A stretch of DNA of 17,797 bases from an uncultured archaeon (GCA_964347045.1 CAYFXC010000029.1:1-17797), one strand, 5' to 3'. Counted from the first letter of the stretch, positions 1-8,357 are shown. The notes: generated by a model from the letters alone, not told the origin. Numbers and translations are program-made.

Positions 1-378
1 ACACGCATCTTCAAACTCTGGGTATTGAGTAAGTTTACCAAACACGTGTGAGAACGGCAAACCTATGAGATCGGAACTCCATTAGTCCGTCCCATCAAAG
101 AGAGGCTAGTTAACCTTCCCAATGAATTCGAGAAGATTCGGTAACAAAGTAATTCTTCTGTGCTATTCAGGATCCATACATTAGGCCGGAAGCGTCCTCG
201 ATTAAACTCACGATCTTCAATTTAATTTTCAGCATATTCCGCTAGGTGCATTCCACACTAGCCTCTTTCTAGCACTTGTACATTGAATGCATAATAACTT
301 CGTTATGCAGTGTGCCAACCATGATTTTCCTTATAATCTAATTTTTAACAAATCAAATAACTTAACCTTTGATAGAAT

Positions 379-989
379 TTGAAGCGCTTATTCCACGACA
401 TCAAAATCGGGGAAACCTACATGTGCCAAAGTATTGTTGCGACGTTGATTGCTGGAATTATGCTGGGTAATCGTGATAAGTTTGGTATCGGACCAGAAAT
501 TGATTGGGAGGATTATGAATCGCATGATATGAAGCAACACATCGAAGAGGGCGTACATATCTTCCAATCGGGTCTTGTTCAATTAGCTATTGCCACTGTC
601 TTTCTTCTATTAACAGCATTCATCACTTGGGAATTACTCTTCATTGTACTATTTACCCATTCTTCTTAGCAGGACTAGTAGTAGTGGGATTACTCATTCT
701 TGTTGTGCGTCCTCTAGCCGTACTTTTATCGACTCTAAAAACACAACTCAAATTTCGCGAACGCATCTTCATGAGCTTCTTCGGTCCGCGTGGAATTGTC
801 ATCGCGGCGACTGGAGTATTCTTTTCTTTAACATTAGCAATCACATATGGTTTTGTGTATCTTCAACTTACTGGCTACATCTTTCTTATTGTTCTCTTGA
901 CAGTGATTATCCAATCAGCAGTAGCTCCCATCTTGGCAAAGACTTGTGATACATGTACAGTTGAATATGGAAAACGAGAACAGGAATGA
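379..989 (+). pseudogene. Frameshifted, 5'-truncated cation:proton antiporter (CPA1/NhaP type), C-terminal half
   Basis: ORF 379-669 gives 'SIVATLIAGIMLGN...QLAIATVFLLL'. Overlapping ORF 627-989 gives 'LVVRPLAV...RERIFMSFFGPRGIVIAA...LLTVIIQS'. These are consecutive CPA1 motifs (RP, GPRG, T-x-x-x-Q) in two frames, with the shift near 625-655. The N-terminal half was not found upstream. Confidence 0.8.
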
Positions 990-1097
990 GTATTTAACGA
1001 TCAAGACATTGGCTTTCTTTGTTGGGCGGGGGGCTACTAGAGGGAAACCTTTTACCAGCTGATAAGTTCAGCTTCTCAACTAAATCATTGAGTTTAA

Positions 1098-2570
1098 ATG
1101 CTCGAAAAACAGGCTAAGACGCCATTAATTCACTTATCAGATGCCCTCTCTTGGTTTAAAGGAGTGGGCAACCAAAGAAAAGATGGCGGTGCGGATGTGA
1201 GGCAACTTAAGAGCCGAGGCTCATCAAAGCGAGTGAAACTCGTGAAGAAGGTCCGCAAAGTCGCACCCTATCTAGCCCCTGTGGTGGATGGCATAGAAGC
1301 CGCCCAGGACCTAGATGTTACCATGCAGACCCTGTCACCTAACTCCAGCCAGACCCGCTGTCTCGTCTGCAAGGGTGGAAAGATGCTCTGTGGCAAGTCT
1401 TCTTGCCCTCTCCTGCACCGGCTTTACTCTTTTTTGAAAGTTAAACCTCTTCTAGATAGAACCGATTTAGAGGGATCATCACCGCCAGGGGTCTTTGTTG
1501 GACGATTTGGATACCCCAAAGTCTACGCTGGCCCCTTGGTCCCACCCATCATCGGTGACACCGCTATCTACGATTCGCCTGAAGATTGGATGTACCTAGA
1601 CCTCGAACAGATCCTTGAATATCGGTATTCCTTAGTGCGTGGAATGCACCGAGCTAGCGTGTTTGAACCCGAACAATCCGGACGAATCATTGACGACACT
1701 CGGGACATGACCCTCGCCTCTGGGCCTGTTGAAACGGAGGTGATGTTCAAGAAGCGGCCTCGGCGGTCTCTGCGGATTGACTCAGAAGTTCAACCCATGG
1801 GACCATCGGCTATGTTAGATAGATTTGTGTTAGGAACAATGAAAGGCCATAAACGACTTGAAAGAGCCTATGAGGACCGAGATCTTAAAGCGGCTCCTGC
1901 AGTTGTTGACCTCTACAATAATAATGTTAACCTTACTAAAATTACTCGCGCATTCAGTATGGGTTCCTTCGGAATTGGATCGAACCGTCGAATGGTGCCC
2001 ACACGTTGGAGCATAACTGCAGTCGATAGCACCGTTGGACGCCATTTTCGAAATCAAGTTAGAGACCACCCTTTCATTAACGAATACCGTGTTTATGAAC
2101 ACAATTTCCTTGGTGATCACTTCAAAATACTCATGAGTCCTGAAGCTTGGAGCTACGAACTAGTCGAAGCCTGGTTCCCGGGCACATCCTGGAATCCTTC
2201 TGGACACCATGTTGGTATCTGCAGCGACTGGGAGCCCTATAAAGGACGAACGAAATACGCATCCATAGGTGGTTGCTATTATGCTGTTCGAGCCATGACA
2301 ACAGAACACCTAGCTAAAGAACGCCGACAAGCGTCCATCGTTGTTCTTCGTGAGTCTCGACCTAGTCATCTTATGCCATTAGGGGTTTGGAAATGCCGTG
2401 AGATAGTTCGTGAAGCATTACAACAACCCTACTTACGGTTTGATACCCGCGAGGAAGCCATTCGGTATATGATGTCTGGTTTCCGGATTGACCTAAAGTC
2501 ATGGATTGATGGAGGGAGTCTGTTAGCCCGACAACTATATCAACGCAAAATAACAGATTTTGTACCGTAA
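1098..2570 (+). CDS. nreA: Nre family archaeal DNA repair protein (PCNA-interacting); true start may be GTG 1197 or ATG 1323
   Basis: N-terminal CxxCKG...LCG...CP zinc motif, GSSPPGVFVGRFGYPKV, VPTRWSITAVD, GGCYYA, and a C-terminal PIP box QRKITDF. Confidence 0.92.
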   Translation: MLEKQAKTPLIHLSDALSWFKGVGNQRKDGGADVRQLKSRGSSKRVKLVKKVRKVAPYLAPVVDGIEAAQDLDVTMQTLSPNSSQTRCLVCKGGKMLCGKSSCPLLHRLYSFLKVKPLLDRTDLEGSSPPGVFVGRFGYPKVYAGPLVPPIIGDTAIYDSPEDWMYLDLEQILEYRYSLVRGMHRASVFEPEQSGRIIDDTRDMTLASGPVETEVMFKKRPRRSLRIDSEVQPMGPSAMLDRFVLGTMKGHKRLERAYEDRDLKAAPAVVDLYNNNVNLTKITRAFSMGSFGIGSNRRMVPTRWSITAVDSTVGRHFRNQVRDHPFINEYRVYEHNFLGDHFKILMSPEAWSYELVEAWFPGTSWNPSGHHVGICSDWEPYKGRTKYASIGGCYYAVRAMTTEHLAKERRQASIVVLRESRPSHLMPLGVWKCREIVREALQQPYLRFDTREEAIRYMMSGFRIDLKSWIDGGSLLARQLYQRKITDFVP

Positions 2571-2615
2571 TCCAAAACGGTAACGGTTATCTATCAAGTT
2601 TTCATTAGTTCTTGT

Positions 2616-3458
2616 GTGAAGCATAAGGCACTGGTTCTTTTTCAGGTCAGTAGACCATTAGGATGGTTAATCGCTCCACTTGTTTTTCTATTGGGGTTGA
2701 CAGCATATGGAGTATTGTTGACACCACACATGATTGTCCAAGTAGTGTTATTGTCGTTTCCTTATTGCATCTTGCTTTATGGTACAAATGATTTGTATGA
2801 CTATGAATCAGATAAACTAAATCCACGAAAACCGGCCCGTGATTCGGAAGAGATGGAGAGTGTAATTTTTCCTTTAATCAAGAAACTAGCTCTAGTGGTC
2901 GCATTCCTGTTATTAGTAAGTGCTTTGTTAACATTAAATCCAACCAATATTTTTGCAATGAGTATTTTGCTTTTCTTCTCCTACTTTTATTCAGCGCCAC
3001 CCTTGCGATTTAAACAATGGCCTCCCTTGGATTCGATTTCCAATGGAATTCTGTACTTTTATGCGCCTGTACTACTTGGAGCGAGTTTTAGTGTAACCCT
3101 TGTTGATATTCCCATCCAAGTTTATTTCATTACAGCTTGTGTTATGGGTATCCATTCTTTTAGCACAATCATGGATTTTACCCCAGATAGGATGGTTGGA
3201 GAAAGAACCTTCGCCACAGTGTATGGAAAACGAGTAGCATCATTTTTTACGGTTGTAATTTTCGTGATTGCTTACCTTTTTTCAGGATTCCAAGGAATGA
3301 TTGTCGGATACTATCTAATCTTTTGTGCTGTGCTAGCTGTGATTATTACAGTAGTACCATCAGAGAAATGGGCACGATACTCATTCTATGCGATGGGAAT
3401 AGGATTCGGGGTAATAGCGGTCTTCGAAGTACTTAGATATGTGGCATTCTTTGATTGA
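2616..3458 (+). CDS. UbiA-family membrane prenyltransferase (resembles the lycopene elongase-like subfamily)
   Basis: SRP..W start, Asp-rich NDLYDYESDKLNPRK, YSAPPLRFK..P.LDS, second Asp motif DFTPDRMVGERT, and multiple hydrophobic helices. Confidence 0.88.
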   Translation: MKHKALVLFQVSRPLGWLIAPLVFLLGLTAYGVLLTPHMIVQVVLLSFPYCILLYGTNDLYDYESDKLNPRKPARDSEEMESVIFPLIKKLALVVAFLLLVSALLTLNPTNIFAMSILLFFSYFYSAPPLRFKQWPPLDSISNGILYFYAPVLLGASFSVTLVDIPIQVYFITACVMGIHSFSTIMDFTPDRMVGERTFATVYGKRVASFFTVVIFVIAYLFSGFQGMIVGYYLIFCAVLAVIITVVPSEKWARYSFYAMGIGFGVIAVFEVLRYVAFFD

Positions 3459-3710
3459 AAGATCAAGTGTACTATCCAAACCAAAAAGTACTATTGAGAT
3501 TAGTCTTCAGGACTTAACCATCCATTAGAAGGCGTGGGAAACAGTTGGGTTATCATTGGGTGTTGTATTCCTTTGTAGATTTCGACAATTCAATTCGTAA
3601 CGAAGATTTGGTCTCTTCCGAAATCAATCAGAGTTTTTTGCATTTCGGTTATCCCCCCAGATTATACAATTATTGTCCTATATTGCACAAAGAATTAGTT
3701 ATCGACAATA

Positions 3711-4916
3711 TTAGAAGAAGATGTTCATACAAGCGATGCCTCTTGCCACAGGATTACTAAGCGGATGAGGAAGATTTTCAATGACATGGATCGTCAGATC
3801 ATGTACAAAGAAACGCCCTTTTTTCGTAACTTCTTCTCCTTTGAGATAACCAGTTAATTTGAGAAGATTCGCCACAAATCTTAGACGCCGTGGGAGGTTT
3901 TTAAGAAAGGATTTCTCGATTTTAAGGTCGTAGAGTTTGTGGGCAAACTCACGCCAAGCATCGAAGATCTCGCTGAATTCGATTCGATAGCCATAGGTTT
4001 GTCCCTCAGACAGATGCATGAGGTATTCATCGAGGAAAGGATTAACAACCTGAACATTCTCAATTTTACTGAAGGCTGATGGCCCAAAACCAAAATATTC
4101 AGCAGGATGTTCACCCGGAGCTTTCTGAGCTAGTTCGGGGGTTGAAAATACCCATACATTTTCTCGTTCATACCCCATACTATCTAGGATTTCAGCAGCG
4201 GTTTCGATCATTTCAAAACAGCCACGAGATCGCACACCAGGTTTAGCTCGCACCCCTGGAGCATTGGTAAAAGGATAGGTGGTTATCTGATCTAAACCGA
4301 GATCAGCCAAACGTGTAATGTCAAATAAGAAATCACCACGGTGTTGATCTGGTAAACCCACCATAAGGTCTGCATTGACCGTAATTCCAAGATCATGTGC
4401 TTTTTGAATGATGGCACGAATAAGTGGCACATCCGTTCTATCGCGTTGAACATTTTCAAGAACTTTCTGGGTAAGTGATTCGACGCCCATGCTAATCTTC
4501 GTCACTTCTAATTTGTGGAGTGCCTCAAAATATTTCTCAGTAAAATAAGGAGGTTTACCTTCTAGAGTAATATCTTCGAGTCGTACAAATTCTTTTAATT
4601 TTCGTAGAATTTGACCTATTTCATCTTCACGAAGAAGATTTGGGGTTCCTCCGCCAAAATAGACCCATTCAATATCTCCCTCTAATTCTCGAAGATTAAT
4701 CTCACGAAGTAAGGCTTTCACGTATGCATCCTTTAGTTCTGGTTTAAAGAGTACCCGGTGAAATGGACAAAAGGCACATAAGCGTTCGCAAAAGGGGACA
4801 TGGAGATAAACCCCCACATTAGTCGTTATTATCTTTTTCCAGTCTATTTCACAAAAATCATAATTGAGCTTTGAGAAACTCGAGGCGACCATTCTTTTTG
4901 CTATGGTTGGAATCAT
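3711..4916 (-). CDS. HemN-like (coproporphyrinogen III oxidase family) radical SAM protein
   Basis: YLHVPFCERLCAFC (CxxxCxxC), YFGGGTP, ISMGVES, NADLMVGLPDQ, YFGFGPSAFS. Confidence 0.88.
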   Translation of the reverse strand: MIPTIAKRMVASSFSKLNYDFCEIDWKKIITTNVGVYLHVPFCERLCAFCPFHRVLFKPELKDAYVKALLREINLRELEGDIEWVYFGGGTPNLLREDEIGQILRKLKEFVRLEDITLEGKPPYFTEKYFEALHKLEVTKISMGVESLTQKVLENVQRDRTDVPLIRAIIQKAHDLGITVNADLMVGLPDQHRGDFLFDITRLADLGLDQITTYPFTNAPGVRAKPGVRSRGCFEMIETAAEILDSMGYERENVWVFSTPELAQKAPGEHPAEYFGFGPSAFSKIENVQVVNPFLDEYLMHLSEGQTYGYRIEFSEIFDAWREFAHKLYDLKIEKSFLKNLPRRLRFVANLLKLTGYLKGEEVTKKGRFFVHDLTIHVIENLPHPLSNPVARGIACMNIFF

Positions 4917-5013
4917 GGTTTAATTCACACCATTTATGGCGATATCTCAAAGAAAAAGTAGGCTTTGAGAATAGCTAAGAGCACATACCGAATCTAATAC
5001 AAAGTGTGATCAG

Positions 5014-5490
5014 TTATCCACCCGGACCTCCATGCCAAGGGACATCTTTCCAAGTAAGATCCCAAAGATCTTCTTCAGTGAGTGTTTCTTTTTCGATGAC
5101 AAGCGTATAGAGTTGGGTGAGGAGGCTATGGTGGCGTCGTTCATCGGCAAGAATGTACTTAAGGACCTGTTTTGATCCAGGATCATCAGTTTGGGGGATG
5201 AGATCTTTATAGGTTTTGATAGCGTGATCTTCCATTTCTATGTGAGTTTTGATGTCTTTACCGAGTTCATCCCGCTTCGATTCTTCAATAAAGGGTGTTT
5301 TAGATTCAAGGCGCGCAAGAATCGCATTAAGCATCAGTGCGTGTTTGTTAGAATCGATGGCAATGGCTTGAATGAGGTTTTTGACAAGCAGGTTTTCTGA
5401 ATCCTTGACACTTTTTTTTGCTATCCGAACGATTTTTTCTTCTAGCGCGATTTGTTCTTTTAGAAACGCTTTGAGTTGATCCTTTTCCAT
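5014..5490 (-). CDS. Ferritin-like / rubrerythrin-type four-helix di-iron protein (alternative TTG start 5511)
   Basis: Duplicated helical halves: QIALEE...IAIDSNKH and HIEMED...ILADERRHH. SD GGTGAT lies 6 nt before ATG 5490. C-terminal tail is LTWKDVPWHGGPGG. Confidence 0.82.
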   Translation of the reverse strand: MEKDQLKAFLKEQIALEEKIVRIAKKSVKDSENLLVKNLIQAIAIDSNKHALMLNAILARLESKTPFIEESKRDELGKDIKTHIEMEDHAIKTYKDLIPQTDDPGSKQVLKYILADERRHHSLLTQLYTLVIEKETLTEEDLWDLTWKDVPWHGGPGG

Positions 5491-5625
5491 GGATAGATCA
5501 CCGTCGCCCAATTTTCACCTGCTTCCTTTTCTGTGTTGTCATTTTCTTAAGTTCTCTAACACTCACTTCTCCTAACGGGGTCAGAGCTTTTATTAGACCT
5601 GTTGAAAACAGACACTTGAAAACCC

Positions 5626-6456
5626 TTGTCTCCAAAACTCCAGATAAATACAGTAACCGCAAAAAGTATTTTGAACCCCAGTCGCATTAGTGGAGTTACC
5701 TATGCTATCAATCCATACGTGGGTTGCCAGCATGCATGCGCCTATTGTTATGCCCGATTTATGTCCAGATATACGGGACATCAAGGTGAGGAGTGGGGTA
5801 GTTTCGTAGACATCAAGGTTAATGCCCCTCGTGTTCTTCAACAACAGCTTCGACGCCGAAAGAAGCGTATTAAAACCCCCGTCCTTTTTTCCAGTGTAAC
5901 TGATGCATATCAACCACTTGAGCGTCGCTTTAAGGTCACACGTAATTGCATTGAATTATTATTGCGTCATGAGTTTCCAATATCGGTGCTAACCAAATCT
6001 GATTTGGTTTTACGTGATGTTGATTTGATAGGTCAATCCTCTGACAACGAGGTAGGCATGACTATTATCACATTGGATGAGAAGGTGAGACGCGTTTTTG
6101 AATCCGGAGCAGTGCCTAGTAAACGTCGTCTTATTGCCTTGCGGGAAATTACTGCATTAGGAATTCGCACGTTTGGATTTGTTGGTCCTATCATTCCTGA
6201 ATTGAGTACACCTTATCTTGAAGAGTTGATTCGAAATCTTGCGGAGTGCGGCGTTGCTTACGTGTTATTTGATCGATTAAATGTGAAGTATGGCAATCGC
6301 CCGGTATTAGAGCACGCGCTTCAAACTCACTTTACCAATGACGCAAAGATTATTGTTAATGCTCTTCGTCCTGGAAGTGGGTATTATGAGACCATCCGAA
6401 ACTTAATCCTAGAGTATTCACTGCAGTATGGGCTAGAAGCAGACATCATCTTCTAA
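5626..6456 (+). CDS. SplB/Rv2578c-like radical SAM protein (spore photoproduct lyase-like, putative DNA repair)
   Basis: INPYVGCQHACAYCYA, SSVTDAYQPLE, LTKSDLVLRD, GMTIITLDE, GPIIP. TTG start. Confidence 0.88.
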   Translation: MSPKLQINTVTAKSILNPSRISGVTYAINPYVGCQHACAYCYARFMSRYTGHQGEEWGSFVDIKVNAPRVLQQQLRRRKKRIKTPVLFSSVTDAYQPLERRFKVTRNCIELLLRHEFPISVLTKSDLVLRDVDLIGQSSDNEVGMTIITLDEKVRRVFESGAVPSKRRLIALREITALGIRTFGFVGPIIPELSTPYLEELIRNLAECGVAYVLFDRLNVKYGNRPVLEHALQTHFTNDAKIIVNALRPGSGYYETIRNLILEYSLQYGLEADIIF

Positions 6457-6466
6457 AAAGGATAGA

Positions 6467-6739
6467 CTAAATGTCGTGGGGTTCTTCGACTTCGGGGGTC
6501 CACCAGAACCAAGTCTTTTTCTTGATACTAAGTTTGCCGTGAATCTTACCTTTTTGCCGGAGTTGGTTAAGCAATCGACTTGGAGAATCTGGGCAGCCAA
6601 TTTCATTGAGCATCTGTGCCACTTCAGAGGTCGTCATGGGCCGCTTCGCATCACGGAGAATCATTTCGACTGCGAGTGCAGATTGAGATTCTTTCTTTTC
6701 TGGTTTAGCAGAAGGGTGTTCTTCAGGCAAAGATATCAT
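6467..6739 (-). CDS. Small winged helix-turn-helix protein
   Basis: ILRDAKRPMTTSEVAQML...RLLNQLRQKGKI followed by a beta-hairpin wing (KKKTWFWW). Confidence 0.7.
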   Translation of the reverse strand: MISLPEEHPSAKPEKKESQSALAVEMILRDAKRPMTTSEVAQMLNEIGCPDSPSRLLNQLRQKGKIHGKLSIKKKTWFWWTPEVEEPHDI

Positions 6740-6764
6740 CCTTTAAAGACTACAATAGATGCTC

Positions 6765-6800
6765 AAAAAAGAGGAGGCACGGGGAGATAAAAATCTCCGT
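6765..6800 (-). terminator. Probable terminator downstream of 6829-7302
   Basis: On the minus strand, ACGGAGAT-TTTT-ATCTCCCCGT forms a hairpin followed by GCCTCCTC and T6, about 30-60 nt after the stop. Confidence 0.4.
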
Positions 6801-6828
6801 CATGTGTAGAAATCTTGACACAGAAAGT

Positions 6829-7302
6829 TTAGATTGTCTTAAGGTCGGCTTCAATCATGTCACGTGTGTCTTTATCTTCAACGTCTGCCAAGGCTTTTTT
6901 AGCTAATTTAAGGTATTTTTCTCTGTTCTTCGCATCGCCTTTCACAGCATATCCTCGGGCGATGGCTTCATAAGCGTAGGCGAGATCCCAGTCTTTGACA
7001 CCTTCTTTCTTACATATTTCGAGATAGATTTCGCCATAGTGAATGGCACGTCCGCCTTTGCCAAGGACAGCGTAAACTCGTGAGAGTTGCCAGTCACCAC
7101 GACCTAAGTTAATGGGAGTGGCGTCCCAGCCATTTTCGACTCGAACACCCCAATGATATCGTGAAGCATGAGAGGAGTTTACCATGGCGTCTTTTTCTTC
7201 ATCGGTTAGATCTTTTTTGTCTAAGTAATTCCAAGTATTGTTGAAGAGGTCAACAGACATCTTTCTATGCCATTTTTCAAGAGATAATTTTACATCTGCC
7301 AT
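6829..7302 (-). CDS. Conserved hypothetical all-helical (TPR-like) protein
   Basis: Strong SD GGGAGGT. The pattern H...VDLFN.TW..LDK...SHASRYHW...N..RG.WQLSRVYA.LG...AYAYEA.ARG is recalled from an uncharacterised prokaryotic family. Confidence 0.75.
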   Translation of the reverse strand: MADVKLSLEKWHRKMSVDLFNNTWNYLDKKDLTDEEKDAMVNSSHASRYHWGVRVENGWDATPINLGRGDWQLSRVYAVLGKGGRAIHYGEIYLEICKKEGVKDWDLAYAYEAIARGYAVKGDAKNREKYLKLAKKALADVEDKDTRDMIEADLKTI

Positions 7303-7426
7303 TTTGATTAACCTCCCGGTTTATAGTCAGATGATTTTGGTGTGCTTAAAAGCGGTTAGGGTTTTGCTAGGAAATCCTGTTCTATTAAAATGCGTCAAAA
7401 ATAATGAGAAAAATCTCAAAGATCTA

Positions 7427-7540
7427 GTGTTGAACTCCAGTCGAAATTTTTATTCAGTATGGTGCTAGAAGAAAACTGGATAGAATTTATCTATTGGCGA
7501 TTCAACCTCAATGGATCGGCGAAAGGGAGTTCAAATACAC
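7427..7540 (+). ncRNA. Candidate structured RNA (three-stem junction) in the 5' leader of the longin-like gene
   Basis: P1 TTGAACTCC 7430-7438 / GGAGTTCAA 7526-7534 (perfect 9 bp). P2 7448-7458 / 7475-7485 (11 bp, 2 G-U). P3 7498-7504 / 7512-7518 (7 bp, 1 G-U). No known family recognised. Confidence 0.35.
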
Positions 7541-7566
7541 AAAGAGCTGAGTGGAATTCGAATAAG

Positions 7567-8334
7567 ATGATAAAGGCGATATTCATCATCCTTAATGGCG
7601 CTTATGCATTTTCCAGACAATACACTGAGCAAATTGACCCACATTTGCTTTCGGGGTTGCTCACAGCCTTTCGCGTCTCTTCAAAGGAATTTGCCACCGG
7701 AGATTTCCGCCAAGCGAAATTTGAAGGCTCTGAAGTTCTCGTTGATGGGCTCACAGAGCGACCTAACGATTTTGTCGCTATCTTTGCCACGCCAGATGAA
7801 CGCGCGAACGATTTGACAAATCTAATGGCACTCATAAAAACCGCCTTTATTGGTAATTATGGTGAACGAATTCACACATGGAATAGCTTAGAAGGTCCTT
7901 TTTCTGATTTTGAACCCACTCTCGATCAAATTATTGCTGGCTGTGTTTGGTGTGACACCGAAGAGATCATGGAGCCCCCAAAGATAACCTTCACCACGGA
8001 TCTGATTCCGGCGAAGGAGACAGTGTTCCGGGGTAATTCGTTAAACGTCAAATATTTCATCCAAAACACTAGCACCAGACCTATCCACTTGACCGCTATT
8101 GTCAACGCTGTCCCGCATCTATTTGAATTGGATGGACTAACCCGCAACATAATTATTCGAAATACCGCGTTTCTCCGAAATCATCAACTCTCTTCTGAAG
8201 AAGTCTACGAATCAATCATCCCTATTAAGGCACGCCGGATCGGGCATACCGAAATCGCTCCCATTCTTTTTATTACCCAAGAAAACCAAGCATATACCGT
8301 GTTGGGTGAAAATCGAGAAATCGACATCATCTAG
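7567..8334 (+). CDS. Longin-like N-terminal domain fused to a C-terminal beta-sandwich (Ig-like) domain; Asgard-type. ORF is open from 7459
   Basis: MIKAIFIILNG..FSRQY...IDPHLLSGLLTAF..SKE is the longin-like pattern common in Asgard proteomes. The C-terminus VFRGNSLNVKYFIQNTSTRPI...PHLFEL...IPIKARRIG is beta-rich and Ig-like. Confidence 0.65.
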   Translation: MIKAIFIILNGAYAFSRQYTEQIDPHLLSGLLTAFRVSSKEFATGDFRQAKFEGSEVLVDGLTERPNDFVAIFATPDERANDLTNLMALIKTAFIGNYGERIHTWNSLEGPFSDFEPTLDQIIAGCVWCDTEEIMEPPKITFTTDLIPAKETVFRGNSLNVKYFIQNTSTRPIHLTAIVNAVPHLFELDGLTRNIIIRNTAFLRNHQLSSEEVYESIIPIKARRIGHTEIAPILFITQENQAYTVLGENREIDII

Positions 8335-8357
8335 GTGTGTGAAGCTAAACAACGCCC

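Noticed and set aside
1-144. Frame +1 reading TRIFKLWVLSKFTKHV*ERQTYEIG...EKIR* with an in-frame TGA at 49-51
   Set aside because: No recognisable family, redox motif or SECIS. It cannot be evaluated at the window edge.
97-270. Inverted repeat AGAGGCTAGT (101-110) / ACTAGCCTCT (257-266) as MITE ends
   Set aside because: Only 10 bp perfect, with no evident target-site duplication and no second copy in the window.
288-309. Integron attC site
   Set aside because: Far too short and lacks the R''/L''/L'/R' architecture. No integrase or cassette array is present.
3545-3760. 71-aa plus-strand ORF, and other short ORFs antisense to or overlapping the long CDSs (e.g. 1830-2120, 5593-5913, 6476-6790, 7238-7468, 8995-9366, 13250-13606, 17314-17634)
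   Set aside because: No motifs or RBS, and they overlap well-supported genes. Treated as spurious.
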